IMG/VR virus record: IMGVR_UViG_3300014631_000001
Span: 1 to 19,661 of that record
Source: a virus
Lineage: Duplodnaviria; Heunggongvirae; Uroviricota; Caudoviricetes
Direction: 5' to 3' (one strand)
Length of the DNA: 19,661 nucleotides
The notes under the pieces are model-generated. The model had not been told where the DNA came from. It was given only the letters and a program-made list of their open reading frames with translations, and did not search any database. Shown here piece after piece: positions 10,501-17,710 of the stretch (position 1 is its first letter; the number at the start of each line of letters is the position of its first letter). A program made the translations under genes and the position numbers.

Positions 10501-11872
10501 TGTCTCTGACGTAGAGAACTCTGCTTCTCAGTGGACCTCTAGCCTTGAAGCTAACGCGATAGCTAATATTGATCTAGCGCTTCGCCAGGAAGAAAACAGA
10601 CATCAGCAGTCTGCCACTAATGCCCAAATCAATTCTGATCAGCAAGCTATTGCGAATGACGTTTCGGCTGTTTCGAAGCGAGTCGAAGAGATGAAGGCTG
10701 AGATTGGCGAAGATATTGCGACCAAGCTGACTGAGGAAAGAGAGACTCGCGCGAGCGCAGATGAAGCGGTGTCCCGCCGAATTATTCAACTTCAGGCCGA
10801 CATTAATGATGACATTAAAGCTTCATTAACTACTGAGCAACTGGCTCGGGCTGACGGTGATAGTGCGCTATCAAGGCAAATCACCTCTTTGGAAGCACAG
10901 GTAAATAACGACATTAGGGCTGCCCTAGATACGGAAGCAAAAACCAGAGCAGACAGTGATGGCGCGCTGTCCTCACAAATTACTGCTTTGAGTGCCCAAG
11001 TAAACGATCAGGTTAAAGCACAGCTGTCTACAGAGATGCAGGCGCGTGCAGACGCTGATTCGGCGCTGGGTAGCCGAATCGACTCTCTTAAGGCCCAAAC
11101 CTCTTCTGACATCAGCGCTGCGGTAGCTTCAGAAACTCAGGCTCGAGCCAGTGCCGACTCCGCGCTTGGTAGCCGCATCGATAACTTGAAGGCCCAAACA
11201 GCCACCGACATCAATGCGGCCATAGCTACAGAAACAATAGCCAGAGCAAATGCTGATTCAGCGATGGCAGGTAATATTTCTGGGTTACAGGCTCAAGCAA
11301 ACAATTTAGCTGCTTCGATTAATAGTGAGGCCACGGCCAGAGCAAATGCTGATGCGGCTCTCAGCCAGAGAGTTGATACGGTTAACGCTAAGACCGATTC
11401 GGTTTCGGCTACCGTGCAGCAAACTACACAGGCTGTGGCTGATGTTAATTATAAAGTGTCTGCTTCATGGACATTGAAAATGGAAACATCGGCTTATAAC
11501 GGAGTGAAGTATGCCGCGGGCATTGCTTTAGGTATTGATGGCTCCGGTGTGTCGCAATTTTTAATTCGTGCGGATCGATTTGGGCTGGTTAACTCTGTTG
11601 ATGGCAATGTGACAACGCCTTTCGTAATTGAAAATAGCGTTGCTTATATGAACGGTGCCTATATTAAGAACGGCACTATCGATAACGCCAAGATCGGAGA
11701 TCTACAGTCCACCAACTATGTTACAGCTAATGCTGGCTGGCGTATCTCAAAAAACGGAACCTTTGAGATGAATGGCAACAGTGGTGGTGCAGGGCGGATG
11801 GTTATAAATAATAACCGTATAGAGGTGTATGACGAGAACAACGTCTTAAGGGTGAGGATGGGGCTGATGTAA
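7526..11872 (+). CDS. gpJ: Central tail fibre / tail tip protein, lambda gpJ-like
   Basis: GSGGGSKGGG N-terminus, LNYPNSALVGLKIDSQQF, SDNPAWILYDLLTSKRYGLG, FN3-like repeats, long coiled coil, and a C-terminal YAAGIALGID...FLIRADRF...IKNGTIDNAKIG region. The GTG at 7526 has a GGGAG SD 7 nt upstream and is preferred to the ATG at 7481. Confidence 0.92.
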   Translation: MATVKERRLLAGSGGGSKGGGSAHTPVEDKDNVQSRSLASILDLLGEGKIGGLINGGQSIFLDNVPILNPDGTSNFNGVNWWFRDGTQNQAVIEGFDAVETPHDVGVQIKLSTPRTIQIDNDDSDQVRVIMMFPKLTKTDQKSGDTHGTTVQFQFEIAYGTTSFKPIKPQGYASHVVTLSKKSSGKHYREYLFDLPKPGSNYRIRVSRVTADSTTDYIQDQTWLSQYGEIVSTKLNYPNSALVGLKIDSQQFGSSVPARSYLVSGMEIRVPSNYDPVLGTYSGDWDGTFRLMVSDNPAWILYDLLTSKRYGLGEYVTESMINIGQLYQIGRYCDELINDGFGGKEKRFAINTVINSRGEAYKVLQDIVSTFRGMIFWAGGMVNIMQDSPSSPVMQFSAANIIGKVSYKGSSRKDRATVALITYNDKDDLYKQNIEYVEDEEGIKRFGVRKTESVAFGCTSRGQAHRVGLWTLYSNRMETDLITFTSGMDASLLMPGELVKLQDKFRSGKRNSGRLVNYTKNSITLDASVKLTKAGNTVSFLSAKGKMIDRDLIEGAGEYTVVTFKKALTEEEYPAIMGIWSVIEPNLEPMLLRVLAVNQNEEKGAFDIVGVQHNPTKFNAIDEGAILVPSKTTILDPTFSTPENLQVTEGTFVSSPGNLSVKLMVSWEGKSPSYVLRYRRSDVVEDWVTTEVKTEQYDILNAAENGMYDIELYSISATGRRSSVISMVYTTLGTMMPPDAPTLLTAIGDYRVNVLAWQLPGTIDIDKINIYASRTNDLTTASLIAAVTSTTFTHSGLGDDETWFYWVRAVNKRGMVSQPNSSLGTEATTKDVLSFLKNKITTSELGKELLADIDGKATAIDVAALEVKVDKGVDSLSQSVSEMKGSLTGMEQAQTDLQTSVGETQQKVEGALAEMDEAAAKVLNLQETVNEQSEAVATTVEAAQAALDNSKTLIAEEQKARVEADSALGQKIDTMESVVDSGKASINEMQKTVSDVENSASQWTSSLEANAIANIDLALRQEENRHQQSATNAQINSDQQAIANDVSAVSKRVEEMKAEIGEDIATKLTEERETRASADEAVSRRIIQLQADINDDIKASLTTEQLARADGDSALSRQITSLEAQVNNDIRAALDTEAKTRADSDGALSSQITALSAQVNDQVKAQLSTEMQARADADSALGSRIDSLKAQTSSDISAAVASETQARASADSALGSRIDNLKAQTATDINAAIATETIARANADSAMAGNISGLQAQANNLAASINSEATARANADAALSQRVDTVNAKTDSVSATVQQTTQAVADVNYKVSASWTLKMETSAYNGVKYAAGIALGIDGSGVSQFLIRADRFGLVNSVDGNVTTPFVIENSVAYMNGAYIKNGTIDNAKIGDLQSTNYVTANAGWRISKNGTFEMNGNSGGAGRMVINNNRIEVYDENNVLRVRMGLM
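10736..11400 (+). repeat. About seven tandem 99-bp (33-aa) coiled-coil repeats within J
   Basis: Units start at 10736, 10835, 10934, 11033, 11132, 11231 and 11327 (last interval 96 bp). Consensus ExxARAxADSALxxxIxxLxAQxxxDIxAAxxx. The exact 18-mer GCCAGAGCAAATGCTGAT occurs at 11240 and 11336. Confidence 0.88.
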
Positions 11873-11883
11873 CGAAAATTAGT

Positions 11884-11954
11884 CCCTCTTTGCAATTAAA
11901 GGGGGGCATAGTTAAAAACCCCTTTTAAATCGTACAGTTCGTATTGATGAGGGG
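11884..11954. other. Stem-loop cluster between J and the tail fibre gene
   Basis: CCCTCTTT (11884-91) pairs with AAAGGGGG (11898-905). AAAGGGG can alternatively pair with CCCCTTT (11919-25). CCCCT (11919-23) can also pair with AGGGG (11950-54). Confidence 0.55.
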
Positions 11955-11961
11955 CAAAAAA

Positions 11962-12000
11962 TAGGTAATCATCTACCTACTTGAAAGTTTGTCTTTCATT
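11962..12000 (+). promoter_or_regulatory. Palindromic site TAGGTA-N6-TACCTA plus TTTGTCTTTCATT motif upstream of the tail fibre gene
   Basis: Perfect 6-6-6 inverted repeat at 11962-11979 and a 13-mer at 11988-12000; both recur upstream of the lysis cassette. Confidence 0.6.
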
Positions 12001-12041
12001 GTTTGCTGAAGCAAGGATAGCTGAAGCGTTAAGGAGAAAAT

Positions 12042-15000
12042 ATGTGGTACAGGGAAGGTACTCTCACCTTGGTCAAAGATTCCCGCGCCGTCACTGGCGA
12101 AGGGACTAATTGGTCGAAAACGGAAAATGGCGTATTGCCGGGAATGATCTTGCTGGGGCCGGACGGCTCAGTACATGAGATCAAATCTGTCCAATCAAAC
12201 ACAGCGCTGACTCTGGTAGAAGCCTATACCGGCGAAACAGCTGTTGATGCGCCTTGTCGTATAATCACGACCTATGAAGGCGATATTAGCCAGTTCAGTG
12301 CGCGATTTTCAGCGATGCTACAACGCATGACCACCGATTCCGGGGTAATTCGAGCGTGGTTAACTTCTGGAAAAACAGCTAATTTAATCACTGAAACCGG
12401 CGAACAGATTACTATTAAATCGCTTTTGCAGATCGTAGACGAACATGACAAAAGCATGTCATGGTTTGAGAGTAATCAAGCCGCAATTGATGCCGCTGGA
12501 GACAAGGCTAAGGCCGCTTCTCAGAGTGCTGCGGAGGCCGCGGTCTACCAAAGCGCCACCAAAACCTCCGAAGCCAATGCCTTAGCCTCTGCAAATAAGG
12601 CGGAAGCCTCTGCAGGCGCAGCTGCCGTCTCGGAGGTAAATGCCGGCACATCTGCCTCAAATGCAAAAGCTTCGGAGGCAAGCTCTGAAGCGTCGGAGGC
12701 AAGTGCTGCTAGATCAGCAAAAGCTGCGTCCCTTTCTGAAGCTAATGCACTTAACTCGATGAATGCTGCGGCAAATTCTGCAGCCAATGCAGAAAATTCA
12801 GAAGCAAACGCACATTCATCTGAGGTTGTTGCTGTTAAGGCCAAAGAGGACGCTGTAAGCTCTGCTTCTGCCGCAAGTAGATCGGCGTCCGAGGCCGAAG
12901 TTTCAGAAGCCAATGCGCAGATGTCAGAGCAGAGTGCTAAAGCAGCGACTGAGTCAGCTGCAGCCTCTCAATTAGCCGCAGCAGGCTCTGAAGCACAGGC
13001 AATAGCTTCAGAGCGTAACGCTTCTGCTTCTGCAGCTGCGGCCAAAAGCTCTAAAACCAATGCAGGAAGATCTGAGGCTGCAGCGGAACAGGCTGCCAAT
13101 AATGCCCTTACTTCTGAAAAAGCTGCATCCCGAGCAGAAACCGCAGCCGCAACCTCCGAGGTTAACTCAAAATCCTCCGAGTCGAACGCTGTAACGGCGG
13201 CGGTAAATGCAGCCGCTTCTGAAGCATCAGCAGTTCATGCCAAAGTTGACGCGGAAAATGCAGCATCGGTGGCGACTGCCAAAGCAGAATCTGCTTCAGC
13301 CTCAGAGGTTAGTGCTGCTGACTCTGCTTCACGCGCTGAGGCCGCCGCTTCTAAATCCTTAAATGGTGGGCAGCCTTACTCCGAAATACTGACATCAATC
13401 TCTGCGCTAGGTGATAGCACCGCCAGTGATCAGTTCATGTACCTTTCTGACAATAACCAGATGTCTCTTGCCCCAATTGCGGTATTTATGCGTGATCTGC
13501 TGTCTAAAGCAAATGCAGACGCTCTCTTGGACGAGATCCAGGGCACAGACAAGACCTTTTTGTTTGCTGACTCAGCTAAAGCAGTTGCGTTACCTGGAGA
13601 TCTTGTGGCCCCAGGCAGTGCTGTCTTTAACAAAGGGGTTACTGCGGGATATACAGGTGGCCGGATGTTCGCCCAGCAGTACGGCACTGATGCTGCTTTT
13701 TATCAAGACATCACCACTACCGGGACAAGCGAATTTCACCCACTTGTGAAGCAGAGAGTCACCGTAGGCGATAAATCATGGTCTGGTTCGTTCGGATGGT
13801 TGATCAACTCTATGGAGTGGCATCTGCTATTGATTGACAAGACCGCGCAGGAGCAGCGAAATTTTGTCTTCAGAACGACTGGCGAATTTACAGCTCCTGG
13901 TCGAATTCTGCCTGGTGATTATGCCAACTTCGATGTTCGCTATCTTGGATTAAATGCCAATGCTGTCAGCGCGACCAAACTGCTTTCGGCACGAAAAATT
14001 GCTGGGAAGGCATTTGATGGCACATCCGATGTTGTGTTGACCGCAGATGATGTTGGTGCCGTAACTTCGGGTCTTACAGCAACCGTTATTGATGATACTG
14101 GCGTACCATGGAATGGGAAAACCGGTGTTTATAACGGTCAACGTTCAGGTGATTCTGTTTGTATCGCGCATTTCAATACCAATACCGGAAGTTGCCCATC
14201 ACTTCAGCTCAAGGCCCACTATAAGAATGGCGGTCTCTTCTACCGTTCATCTCGTGACCAGTTCGGTTTTGAGCAAGGATTCGAACAGATTTACACCACC
14301 AGCTTTAAACCCTCACCAGCAGATATAGGGGCATTGCCAAATAATGGTGGCGTTATGGCTGGGCAAATGGGTGTTGTGTCGTATGACGATGAAGCGCTTT
14401 ACTTGCAGCGCAGATCGGCTAACCAGGCGCTTTATCTGCGAGGGAGAGCAGAGAATGGTGCTGCGCGCTGGTATGTCGGAAACGGAAGTTCTGGCGCTGA
14501 TGATGTAACATTAGGTAACTATATTCATAATACGACACTAACCCTTAATGAAAGTGGAGTGTTTTCAAACCGTGGATATACGGCTAATGGATATTTTACC
14601 GCCCAAGGTTCTGGTACGACAACCCTGATAATGGGCACTGGCGGTGGGGACGCGTTTCTAAAAAACTCCACTTCAGGCATGTATCTTCAGCTTAAAAACA
14701 ACGGCCTCCTGTCCTACAGCGACCAACCGATTTACCATTCCGGCAACAAGCCAACGCCTGCAGAGCTTGGGGCTTACCCAACTTCGGGTGGCGAATTATA
14801 TGGGGAGGTTATAACAACTAGTCTGAACGGCTACCGCATTAAAGCTGGAAACTATGGAATGTTTATCCGAAATGACGGAGCAAACACCTATTTCCTTTTA
14901 ACCAATGCTGGGGATCAAAATGGTGGCTGGAATAACCTCCGACCCTTCTATTTCGAAAATAGTAGTGGAGTAGCGTATCTCGGGCAGGGTGTTAACGTAA

Positions 15001-15671
15001 GCGGTTTTGCGAACTTTAATGGTTTAGCGACTCTTAATCAGGGCTTAAATGTTTATGGCAGCGCCAACTTTAATGGTGCTATGAATATTGCCGGGAGCAT
15101 AACTATACCCACTAATCCAGGCGCATGGATCAATATGCGAACTGGCTCCGCTCTACAGGGTACCGTTCCGTTGGCAACAGGCAATGCGGCTCCTATAGTT
15201 CGTCAGGAACACCCTGACAGGGATTTCGTATTGGGAGGCTTGGGTAACTCGCAATTCGGCATTTATGGTTTCGAGAGATCCCGAACAGAAAATGGCTACG
15301 ACTACTGCGCATATCTTGACAATGGCGGCAATTGGACAGCTTCTGGGTATGGTAGCTTTAACGATGTTTACATCCGTTCTGACCGTCGTAATAAGCGCAA
15401 CATTAAAAAGATTGATGGCGCGCTGGATAAGCTAGAAAAAATCGACGGCGTCCTGTATGAGCTGCAGGGTATCAATGGCTACTCCCAATCCGCTGGTCTA
15501 GTGGCTCAACAATTTCAGGACGTGCAGCCGGAGCTGGTTACATCCGATATCGATCACATTAGTAATGAAGAGCGTCTGCGTCTGAATTATAACGGCGTTA
15601 TCGGGATGCTGGTTGAAGCGGTTAAAGAGCTGCGCGCTGAAGTTCGAGAAATTAAAGAGGCAATCGCATGA
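12042..15671 (+). CDS. Side (long) tail fibre with C-terminal intramolecular chaperone (Peptidase S74-like)
   Basis: MWYREGT N-terminus, Ala/Ser-rich stf-like coiled coil (about 12480-13350), fibre modules (ARKIAGKAFDGTSDV, PWNGKTGVY, KPxPAxxGA knots, WNNLRPF), and FNDVYIRSDRRNKRNI...LNYNGVIGMLVEAVKEL chaperone; AAGGAG SD. Confidence 0.9.
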   Translation: MWYREGTLTLVKDSRAVTGEGTNWSKTENGVLPGMILLGPDGSVHEIKSVQSNTALTLVEAYTGETAVDAPCRIITTYEGDISQFSARFSAMLQRMTTDSGVIRAWLTSGKTANLITETGEQITIKSLLQIVDEHDKSMSWFESNQAAIDAAGDKAKAASQSAAEAAVYQSATKTSEANALASANKAEASAGAAAVSEVNAGTSASNAKASEASSEASEASAARSAKAASLSEANALNSMNAAANSAANAENSEANAHSSEVVAVKAKEDAVSSASAASRSASEAEVSEANAQMSEQSAKAATESAAASQLAAAGSEAQAIASERNASASAAAAKSSKTNAGRSEAAAEQAANNALTSEKAASRAETAAATSEVNSKSSESNAVTAAVNAAASEASAVHAKVDAENAASVATAKAESASASEVSAADSASRAEAAASKSLNGGQPYSEILTSISALGDSTASDQFMYLSDNNQMSLAPIAVFMRDLLSKANADALLDEIQGTDKTFLFADSAKAVALPGDLVAPGSAVFNKGVTAGYTGGRMFAQQYGTDAAFYQDITTTGTSEFHPLVKQRVTVGDKSWSGSFGWLINSMEWHLLLIDKTAQEQRNFVFRTTGEFTAPGRILPGDYANFDVRYLGLNANAVSATKLLSARKIAGKAFDGTSDVVLTADDVGAVTSGLTATVIDDTGVPWNGKTGVYNGQRSGDSVCIAHFNTNTGSCPSLQLKAHYKNGGLFYRSSRDQFGFEQGFEQIYTTSFKPSPADIGALPNNGGVMAGQMGVVSYDDEALYLQRRSANQALYLRGRAENGAARWYVGNGSSGADDVTLGNYIHNTTLTLNESGVFSNRGYTANGYFTAQGSGTTTLIMGTGGGDAFLKNSTSGMYLQLKNNGLLSYSDQPIYHSGNKPTPAELGAYPTSGGELYGEVITTSLNGYRIKAGNYGMFIRNDGANTYFLLTNAGDQNGGWNNLRPFYFENSSGVAYLGQGVNVSGFANFNGLATLNQGLNVYGSANFNGAMNIAGSITIPTNPGAWINMRTGSALQGTVPLATGNAAPIVRQEHPDRDFVLGGLGNSQFGIYGFERSRTENGYDYCAYLDNGGNWTASGYGSFNDVYIRSDRRNKRNIKKIDGALDKLEKIDGVLYELQGINGYSQSAGLVAQQFQDVQPELVTSDIDHISNEERLRLNYNGVIGMLVEAVKELRAEVREIKEAIA

Positions 15672-16144
15672 CAGTCGCTGCTGGTTGGGTAGGTTCAAGC
15701 ACAGTTGGCGAAACTGGACAGCGTTGGATGTCGGCGGCCGGGCCGGCACTTCAACTAGGCGTACCATTTTGGATGAGTACGCTCCCTGGTAGGAGCACTT
15801 CAATCTCATTCAGTGTTACAGGTGCCTATGGTGCAGATGCCACTGGTTTATATTATGGCTACAACTCAGTATTAGGTATTGGGTATGTTTCAGGTAACTA
15901 TTACGGAAGACAGATTGTTGGTTTTTTTACCAAAGTTCCTACTGTTAATGATCAGCAGACAGTTACTTGCTTGATGCTCGCAGGCGCAATGTCTGGATCG
16001 GTAAGTTTGATAGTGTTTGGCAGTCGGTACCAGTTTGATTTCAATCCGACATATGGAGGGTACATTAATGCTGACGTTAATCTTGCAACAAATATGGCAA
16101 CTACTTTTAATCAAGGGACGCCAACATTGACTATAACCACTTAA
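15668..16144 (+). CDS. Tail fibre tip adhesin with T-even gp38-like N-terminal attachment domain
   Basis: The N-terminus GWVGSSTVGETGQRWMSAA...PFWMS..GRS matches the three-Trp gp38 attachment motif; ATGA overlap with the fibre gene. Confidence 0.75.
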   Translation: MTVAAGWVGSSTVGETGQRWMSAAGPALQLGVPFWMSTLPGRSTSISFSVTGAYGADATGLYYGYNSVLGIGYVSGNYYGRQIVGFFTKVPTVNDQQTVTCLMLAGAMSGSVSLIVFGSRYQFDFNPTYGGYINADVNLATNMATTFNQGTPTLTITT

Positions 16145-16155
16145 TAATCCTTTCT

Positions 16156-16176
16156 AAGCGCCTACGGGCGCTTTTT
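16156..16176 (+). terminator. Rho-independent terminator after the tail fibre/adhesin genes
   Basis: AAGCGCC-TACG-GGCGCTT stem (UNCG loop) followed by a T run. Confidence 0.8.
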
Positions 16177-16177
16177 A

Positions 16178-16221
16178 GTAGGTAGCTAGCTACTTACATT
16201 TGTCTTGCATTTTGTTAAGAT
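16178..16221 (+). promoter_or_regulatory. Putative lysis-cassette promoter: palindrome GTAGGTAGCTAGCTACTTAC upstream of an extended -10
   Basis: Near-perfect inverted repeat at 16178-16197, TTTGTCTTGCATT at 16199-16211, and TGtTAAGAT at 16213-16221. Confidence 0.6.
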
Positions 16222-16259
16222 CCCTGAATACCGAAATTTGACTTTTCACGGAGGAAAAA

Positions 16260-16586
16260 ATGTCAAATGAGATGGGAGGCGTGACGCCAGATCAGGTCGA
16301 GCGAATTGCCCAAATTGTCGCCAGAGAGGTCATGGGGAGTCTGCGAAAGGATCTCCGTGATGATATTGGTGCAGAAGTAAAGGCCCAACTAGGAGCCTAT
16401 TTTGGGGACATGACAGCCGCTCAGCACAGCATCCAGCATTCGAATCTGGAAAAGCTACTGACCCGGTTGGACAGCATCTCAAGTGGCTTCTTTGGTGGCG
16501 TCATTTCCAAAATCACATCCATCTTGACCGCTGCTTTGCTTCTAGGACTGGCGGCATATGGCGTTAAAAATGGTTTCGGCAACTAA
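16260..16586 (+). CDS. Putative holin/lysis regulator (single C-terminal transmembrane helix)
   Basis: 108 aa with one hydrophobic segment (GGVISKITSILTAALLLGLAAYGV); GGAGG SD; first gene before the endolysin. Confidence 0.55.
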   Translation: MSNEMGGVTPDQVERIAQIVAREVMGSLRKDLRDDIGAEVKAQLGAYFGDMTAAQHSIQHSNLEKLLTRLDSISSGFFGGVISKITSILTAALLLGLAAYGVKNGFGN

Positions 16587-16600
16587 GAGGAAGGCTAAGG

Positions 16601-17293
16601 ATGGCTAATCCAAGAGGCATTAGAAACAACAACCCCGGCAATCTTGACCGCGGTTCACCGTGGCAAGGGCTGATAGACAACCCGGCAGAACCTCGCTTCT
16701 GCACCTTTAAAGACGCAACCTGGGGCATTCGTGCGCTGGCGGTTACGCTCATCACCTACCATGACAAACGTAAAGCGCGTGACGGCTCACCGATCGACAC
16801 TGTCCGTGAGGTCATTGAGCGCTGGGCACCGCCGCATGAGAACGACACTGAGGCATATGTTAACGCAGTGGCAAAAGCGGTGGGTGTCACTCCAGAAATG
16901 GTGGTGGATCTGCATGACTACGCGACGTTACGCCCCCTGGTGGAAGCGATCATTCGCCATGAGAACGGCAAAGGCCCATTAAAGACGGCAAACAGCTGGT
17001 ACTCAGTGGAAGCCATCGACGAGGGTCTGCGTCGTGCCGGTGTGGTGCGAGTGGTTAAAGCTGTAAAAGCAGTTCCAGTCACTAAGGAGTCTGCTGGCGC
17101 AACGATTACTGCCGGTATTGGTGTCGCGCAGCTGGTGGACGTAGCGCCGCAGATCACTCATGCAATGGATAAGGCTCAGGACAATATTTCTAGTGGCGAT
17201 ACCATCCGCATCGTGTTCGGTGTTGCCACGGTAGCAATTGCACTTTTCATTGCCTGGTCTCAGGTTCGCAAACACCAGAAGGGGATCGCGTAA
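16601..17293 (+). CDS. Putative endolysin (RGIRNNNPGN lysozyme-like family) with C-terminal hydrophobic segments
   Basis: RGIRNNNPGNL...F.....GIRA....L..Y...T....I.RWAP..ENDT.AY...V pattern; position between the holin-like and spanin genes. Confidence 0.8.
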   Translation: MANPRGIRNNNPGNLDRGSPWQGLIDNPAEPRFCTFKDATWGIRALAVTLITYHDKRKARDGSPIDTVREVIERWAPPHENDTEAYVNAVAKAVGVTPEMVVDLHDYATLRPLVEAIIRHENGKGPLKTANSWYSVEAIDEGLRRAGVVRVVKAVKAVPVTKESAGATITAGIGVAQLVDVAPQITHAMDKAQDNISSGDTIRIVFGVATVAIALFIAWSQVRKHQKGIA

Positions 17294-17544
17294 TGCTTCT
17301 TGGCCTTTACATTAAGGCCAAGCAGTACCTGTTGACGGCTGCGGCCGTCATCATGGTGCTTGCTGGTGCCTATTACCTCGGTGGCCGGGCTGTTCGCCGG
17401 TCAATGGAAATTAAAGCAGAGCGTGAAGACAACAAACGCCTGCAACACACACTGGATGTGAAGAATGACGTTATCAATGCAGTCCGACGCTCGGATGATG
17501 CTACCGTTGATGCTCAGCTTGCTGCTGATTGGATGCGTGATTAA
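17293..17544 (+). CDS. i-spanin (Rz-like)
   Basis: N-terminal TM helix (YLLTAAAVIMVLAGAYYLG) followed by a charged helical periplasmic part; TAATG coupling to the endolysin. Confidence 0.75.
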   Translation: MLLGLYIKAKQYLLTAAAVIMVLAGAYYLGGRAVRRSMEIKAEREDNKRLQHTLDVKNDVINAVRRSDDATVDAQLAADWMRD

Positions 17545-17695
17545 GCCACCAGCCCAAGGGGTGTTATTCTGCGATGCAGCCAACCCCATTTACGTTAGCC
17601 ACAGTGATCAGCTAACTCAGGAAACGAAACGTGAGATCCTTTCCCACAATGAACAGGGTGCCACGTTGTGCCATTGGGAGAAAAAGCCCCGCTAG
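17495..17695 (+). CDS. o-spanin lipoprotein (Rz1-like), overlapping the i-spanin 3' end
   Basis: From the ATG at 17495: MMLPLMLSLLLIG-C signal peptide with lipobox, then CDAANPIY..SDQLTQETKREILSHNE...LC. Confidence 0.78.
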   Translation: MMLPLMLSLLLIGCVIKPPAQGVLFCDAANPIYVSHSDQLTQETKREILSHNEQGATLCHWEKKPR

Positions 17696-17710
17696 CGTTA
17701 TGCTTTTGAA

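Noticed and set aside
12480-13350. Ala/Ser-rich region as a discrete DNA repeat array
   Set aside because: Low-complexity stf-like coiled coil without a fixed period; explained by the protein.
12272-16114. Invertible (shufflon/Cin-Gin) or DGR-type tail fibre variation
   Set aside because: No invertase, reverse transcriptase, inverted fibre copy or template repeat is visible in the window; the minus-strand ORFs here are shadows.
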